Made by a program: the position numbers and the translations under genes
Assembly (NCBI RefSeq): GCF_001194135.2
Contig: NC_069004.1
Location: 29,657,013-29,696,408 of the forward strand
Reading direction: 5' to 3'
From: Octopus bimaculoides
Taxonomy: Eukaryota
DNA length: 39,396 bases
Shown: positions 33,900-39,396 of the stretch, in pieces
Position numbering within the stretch: the stretch's first letter is position 1
Layout: every line of letters begins with the position of its first letter
Notes under the pieces: model-generated
Databases searched by the model: none
What the model saw: only the letters and a program-made list of their open reading frames with translations
Told to the model about the DNA's origin: nothing

Positions 33900-34390
33900 G
33901 ACGGGCTTCTTGCAATTGCCGTCTACTAAATCTAGTTACAAGGCTTTGGCCAGCCCTAGCTTATATTAGAAAACACTTTCCCAAGGTACCATGCCTGCGC
34001 CAATTTTAAACTGTTTTATCCGAAATATTTTTGAAACTAATATTTCCTTTCTTTCGCTTTCCAGATCTTGTTATGTTCTCTATATGCTATTTACACATTG
34101 TTTCAGGCATTAGAGTGCGGCCATGCCGGGGCAGTACCTTGACAGGTTTAATCCAACAAATCCACCCTGTGCTTATATTGAACGTCAGTTTCTTAAACAA
34201 GCCAAAACCGTTTGTGAAGCGGTGTTGGTTTATCACACATATATGACGAGCTTCCGCACAGTTTCCGTCTACCAAATTCATTCACATGTCATGGCTTGGC
34301 CCGAGACTATGATAGAAGACACCTGCCCAAGGTGCCGCCTCGCAGTTGGACTGAACCCGAAACCACGTGATTGCAAAACGCACTTCTTAA
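33899..34390 (-). mobile_element. Two reversed family A SINE copies (about 33899-33990 and 34100-34390)
   Basis: cgacgggcttctt...; gcggccatgccggggcag...gacgagcttcc...cctgcccaaggtgcc...gactgaacccgaaacc. Confidence 0.75.
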
Positions 34391-35055
34391 CCACGCACCC
34401 ATTGATCATTCACCTTTTCCTCGATTCCTTGGCTTTAAATCCATTAACATTTACAAAGAAAATACCGGAGTATTTTGTATCATTCAACATGACCGTAACA
34501 TCAATTACTACCTTATGAGTTTCCATACTTTACGTTTATCCAAAGATATTATTTATAAGGAAATACTTCTTTCTCGCTAAATCAAAACCCCATTTCAACA
34601 TGTTTGTCTCGGTTGGAAAACCATGATAATCTAAAATATTATTCTGTTGCAAATAATATTCGGTCTTCTGGGGTTGTTTATCTTTTTTCCTTTTTCTGAA
34701 CACCAAGGGAAGTTATTATGTCTTGTAATACAATATCCCGTTAAAAAACAACGGAACTTCGATATTTCTTCATTTAATTGGAAGTAATAAACCTCGTGTA
34801 TCTCTGCCAAACAAATTTTCCTGTTATAAATTGGTTAATATTCCATTAATTTACGTTACCCTTGCATCCGGTGTTTATTGAAATATATCTTTTCAATATC
34901 TCTTGTGAATAACATGGCTGACTGAGTACCAATATGGTACTCTTAAGAATTTCATACAGCCATATTCTAGATTGGAGTAGAAGGTGAAAGCGTAAACCTT
35001 ATTTTTCTCTGATTTCATTGAAATCTGTAGCATAAATATCTTGATGAATTAAAAA

Positions 35056-35190
35056 CCGCCGCCATTTTCCACTGGGAAACTCTGTGATTGATATCAATGA
35101 TATTGTAGAAAAATCGATACAAATATAGTTTTTACAAGACAGATATACATTTAGGACTATCGATAATTCTATGGAAATCGATTAAGTAAC
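35056..35190 (-). promoter_or_regulatory. Promoter-like cluster (YY1 plus DRE-like)
   Basis: AAAATGGCGGC on minus (35058-35068); TATCGATA at 35158-35165 plus two nearby AATCGAT. Confidence 0.25.
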
Positions 35191-35310
35191 ACATGCATCT
35201 TCTCTACTGAGAAGAGAAATTATTTTACTTCCATAAGCACCATCCAGTTTTAGAATCTAAGACACTTTTATAGACATCGAATTGGCATTTTAATATTTGA
35301 TACATTTTAA

Positions 35311-35518
35311 GGTGCAGGCGTTGCCGTGTGGATCAGAAGCTCGCTATGCAACCACGGGGTTTTGGGTTCTGTTCTGTTGTCCGTCTGTGCGGCACTTTGG
35401 CCAAGCGTCTTCTATTCTCTGCCCTGGCTGACCATGGCCTCGAGAGTGAATTTTATATACAAAAATAGTGGCAGCCCTTCATATATATATGTGTGTGTGT
35501 ATGTGTGTGTGTGTGTGT

Positions 35519-35567
<49 letters not shown>

Positions 35568-36005
35568 CGTTCTGGCTAGCCACAACCACATCTCGTCTAC
35601 CAGCATTGCTCGGCTTACACACTCGTAACTTTGTCACTTAGCGATTCGGGCAAAAGAAAACGATATAATAAGTACCAAATATTCTTTTCTACTCTAGGCC
35701 CAAGGCCCGAAATTTTGGGGGAGGAGGCCAGTCGGTAGGTCGACCCTAGTACGCAACTGGTACTAAATTTATCGACCGCCGAAATGATGAAAGGCAAAGT
35801 CGACCTCGACGGAATTTGAACTCAGAACGTAAAGACAAACGAAATACCGCTAAGTCTTTCGCCCGGCTAGCTCGCCACCATATATGTACCAAATATTAAG
35901 AAAACAAATAATAATAGCATAAGCACTAAGGTCGATTTGTTCCACTAAACCCTTGAAGGCGAATACCTCAGCACGGTCGCAGTCCAATGACTGAATCAAG
36001 TATAA
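35311..36005 (+). mobile_element. Old family A SINE interrupted by a nested family B SINE
   Basis: Head, internal (TA)(TG)n and body run to 35683; the tail resumes at 35886 (...taaggtcgatttgttccact...cagcacggtcgcagtccaatgactga). Confidence 0.8.
35684..35885 (-). mobile_element. Nested family B SINE with 12-bp TSD
   Basis: TSD GTACCAAATATT at 35672-35683 and 35886-35897. Confidence 0.9.
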
Positions 36006-36339
36006 GCGATAACAAAAAAAAAAAACGAAATTAAAGAATCAGATTATCCAAAATTACATTCTTTGCATCCCATACTATTCCAACAGCAATAATTTAAGTG
36101 GACAAAATCCCTAAAGGTTAGATTTACAAGGGATAATTTACTGTTAGTTTCTTCTGGTAATTCGCACTTGATTTATTTCTGGCAAATCTTTCCGTTATTG
36201 ATTTTATTACCATAGATCGTATTACACTGCGCTCGGCTCTCTTCCCATTAGGTATCTCATTGCAGCCGATATATTGTATCGTTTTTAAGAGAACGTTATG
36301 AGATGAACGACCTATCACACACTGTTTTGCATTTAGTGT

Positions 36340-36775
36340 CTTTTATTCCCTTCCTTTCAGTCGTCAGACTGTGGCCATGCTGGGGCAGCACCTTGAAGGA
36401 TTTCAATCGAATGAATTGACCCCAGTACACATTTTGTTTTATTTATTAAAACCTGGTACTTATTGTTTGGGTCTCTTTTGCCGAATAGCTAGGTTCTACG
36501 AGGACGTAAACACACCAACTCCGGTGGTCAAGTGATGGGGGACAAAGTCACACATAAATATATATATACATAAGCGCGGTTATGTTTGCTTCCCAATCAC
36601 ATGGTACAGGGTTCAGTCCCACTGCCTGGTACCCTGCATAAGTGTCTCTGGTATAGCTTCGTCCGGTTCGGCAAAAGAGGCCGATAGAATAAGTACTAGG
36701 CTTACAAAGAATAAGTCCTGGGGTCGATTTGCTTGACTAAAGGCAGCGCTCCAGCATGACCGCAGTCAAATGACG
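36340..36775. mobile_element. Oppositely oriented pair of family A SINEs (about 36340-36570 minus; about 36575-36775 plus, internally deleted)
   Basis: The reversed tail gactgtggccatgctgggg...gacgtaaacacacc is followed by the forward head gggttcagtcccactgc and tail gctccagcatgaccgcagtcaaatgac. Confidence 0.8.
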
Positions 36776-36804
36776 TACACAATTTAAAGAATTAAAGAAT
36801 TAAA

Positions 36805-36837
<33 letters not shown>

Positions 36838-37117
36838 NNNNNNNNNNNNNNNNNNNNNNNNNNNNNNNNNNNNNNNNNNNNNNNNNNNNNNNNNNNNNNN
36901 NNNNNNNNNNNNNNNNNNNNNNNNNNNNNNNNNNNNNNNNNNNNNNNNNNNNNNNNNNNNNNNNNNNNNNNNNNNNNNNNNNNNNNNNNNNNNNNNNNNN
37001 NNNNNNNNNNNNNNNNNNNNNNNNNNNNNNNNNNNNNNNNNNNNNNNNNNNNNNNNNNNNNNNNNNNNNNNNNNNNNNNNNNNNNNNNNNNNNNNNNNNN
37101 NNNNNNNNNNNNNNNNN

Positions 37118-37175
<58 letters not shown>

Positions 37176-37215
37176 GAGGAGGAGGAGGAGGAGGAGGAGG
37201 AGGAGGAGGAGAAAG
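37118..37215. repeat. (GTA)n(GGA)n microsatellite
   Basis: Direct reading. Confidence 0.95.
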
Positions 37216-37799
37216 AGGAAGAGAAAAGAGATAACAATGAGAGAGAATGATGTCGCGGGGGAGGTTAAAACAAAGAAATATCAAACTAAACAGAAATAAC
37301 ATCAAAATAATACATAGCTGTTGTTGAATGCCGTAGTTCATGTGATAAATAGAGGAAAATCAGTAAATTGTTATGTGAATGTTTAACTTTTAATTTTTGT
37401 TAACTTATTGTGCGTACTTGTCATTCTTTTTAAAATAAATTCGCTAAAACATTGCCAGAAAATCGTTTTAGTGTTACGGTAATCAGATCACAAATGTCGC
37501 ATGCTTGAGAAAAAGATTTCAGTCTATAAAACGAATGTGGTGGTTGAAGAAAGAGAGAAAGGAAACCAGCACAAAATAATAATGCTAAGAATAAGAGGAA
37601 AAATGAGTATGATGATGATGATAATGATGATGATGATGATGATTTTAATGATGACGATGACTACGACGACGACGATGATAATGATGATGATGATGATGAT
37701 AATAATAAAGTACAAGATTATATCGTCAGTCGGAAATTGAAGATAGAATGCCAAAAAAAATCTAAGTGAAATAATATCAAATGTTTTTTAGTTTAATCA

Positions 37800-38967
37800 C
37801 ACATATGTATGTATATATGTATCTATGAATGCATGTGTGTATGTATGTGTGTATGTATGTAGTGTATGTATGCATGCGTGTATCCATGTATGTATATATG
37901 TATGTATGTGTGTATGTATTAATCCATGTGTGTATGTATGTATGTGTGCATGTTTGTATGTATGTATGCATGTGTGTATGTCTGTGTGTATGTACGCATG
38001 TATGTGTGTTNNNNNNNNNNNNNNNNNNNNNNNNNNNNNNNNNNNNNNNNNNNNNNNNNNNNNNNNNNNNNNNNNNNNNNNNNNNNNNNNNNNNNNNNNN
38101 NNNNNNNNNNNNNNNNNNNNNNNNNNNNNNNNNNNNNNNNNNNNNNNNNNNNNNNNNNNNNNNNNNNNNNNNNNNNNNNNNNNNNNNNNNNNNNNNNNNN
38201 NNNNNNNNNNNNNNNNNNNNNNNNNNNNNNNNNNNNNNNNNNNNNNNNNNNNNNNNNNNNNNNNNNNNNNNNNNNNNNNNNNNNNNNNNNNNNNNNNNNN
38301 NNNNNNNNNNNNNNNNNNNNNNNNNNNNNNNNNNNNNNNNNNNNNNNNNNNNNNNNNNNNNNNNNNNNNNNNNNNNNNNNNNNNNNNNNNNNNNNNNNNN
38401 NNNNNNNNNNNNNNNNNNNNNNNNNNNNNNNNNNNNNNNNNNNNNNNNNNNNNNNNNNNNNNNNNNNNNNNNNNNNNNNNNNNNNNNNNNNNNNNNNNNN
38501 NNNNNNNNNNNNNNNNNNNNNNNNNNNNNNNNNNNNNNNNNNNNNNNNNNNNNNNNNNNNNNNNNNNNNNNNNNNNNNNNNNNNNNNNNNNNNNNNNNNN
38601 NNNNNNNNNNNNNNNNNNNNNNNNNNNNNNNNNNNNNNNNNNNNNNNNNNNNNNNNNNNNNNNNNNNNNNNNNNNNNNNNNNNNNNNNNNNNNNNNNNNN
38701 NNNNNNNNNNNNNNNNNNNNNNNNNNNNNNNNNNNNNNNNNNNNNNNNNNNNNNNNNNNNNNNNNNNNNNNNNNNNNNNNNNNNNNNNNNNNNNNNNNNN
38801 NNNNNNNNNNNNNNNNNNNNNNNNNNNNNNNNNNNNNNNNNNNNNNNNNNNNNNNNNNNNNNNNNNNNNNNNNNNNNNNNNNNNNNNNNNNNNNNNNNNN
38901 NNNNNNNNNNNNNNNNNNNNNNNNNNNNNNNNNNNNNNNNNNNNNNNNNNNNNNNNNNNNNNGTGTA

Positions 38968-39021
<54 letters not shown>

Positions 39022-39050
39022 TACTTGCACACATATGTGTGTGTGTGTGT
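37800..39050. repeat. Degenerate (TATG)/(TG)/(TA) tract spanning a ~950-nt gap
   Basis: Direct reading; the long ORFs here are gap artefacts. Confidence 0.95.
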
Positions 39051-39396
39051 TATTTAAGAGTATTTAAACAGAGATTTCATACATAGATTTCTGTAGATAC
39101 TTATAGAAATGTAGGACACACGAACACATGAAGCAAAGTTCATAAAAGCATTATTGTAATCGGCCCCAAATCCTTTGATTCCAATTCGATTGTATTAACC
39201 ATGGCATTATCAGTCTATATAGGTTAAATGATGCCACACACATGCACACATACACATATGCAAACAGACATACACTCAAACATACGCAACACATGCACAC
39301 AAGCACACTCTCATACATGCACTTACACACACACACATATTTACATGTAGGAAAAGAATAACGCATACATGTAAAGAAATGAAGATCATAAAATGT

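Overview
AT-rich eukaryotic DNA from a gapped short-read assembly, with 14 N-runs, most flanked by (TA)n or other simple repeats. It is dominated by microsatellites, tRNA-derived SINEs and decayed transposons. The repeat families look like those of a coleoid cephalopod such as Octopus (inference from memory, not verified). No complete protein-coding gene, rRNA, true tRNA gene or CRISPR array is supportable, and almost all supplied ORFs are translated microsatellites or gaps. Supported content: a decayed mariner transposase with one TIR, a mariner MITE, a Tigger/pogo-like MITE, a Helitron-like 3' end, two RLE-type LINE remnants, (AAT)n-embedded insertions, a ~480 bp foldback element and about 25 SINE copies or fragments, three with visible TSDs. 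The most interesting unannotated signal is three type I hammerhead ribozyme motifs of the Penelope-like-element style. One (31869-32003, minus) has a perfect catalytic core and a large branched stem II insert. Several small exon-like segments with strong splice signals may belong to a long-intron host gene that I cannot identify.
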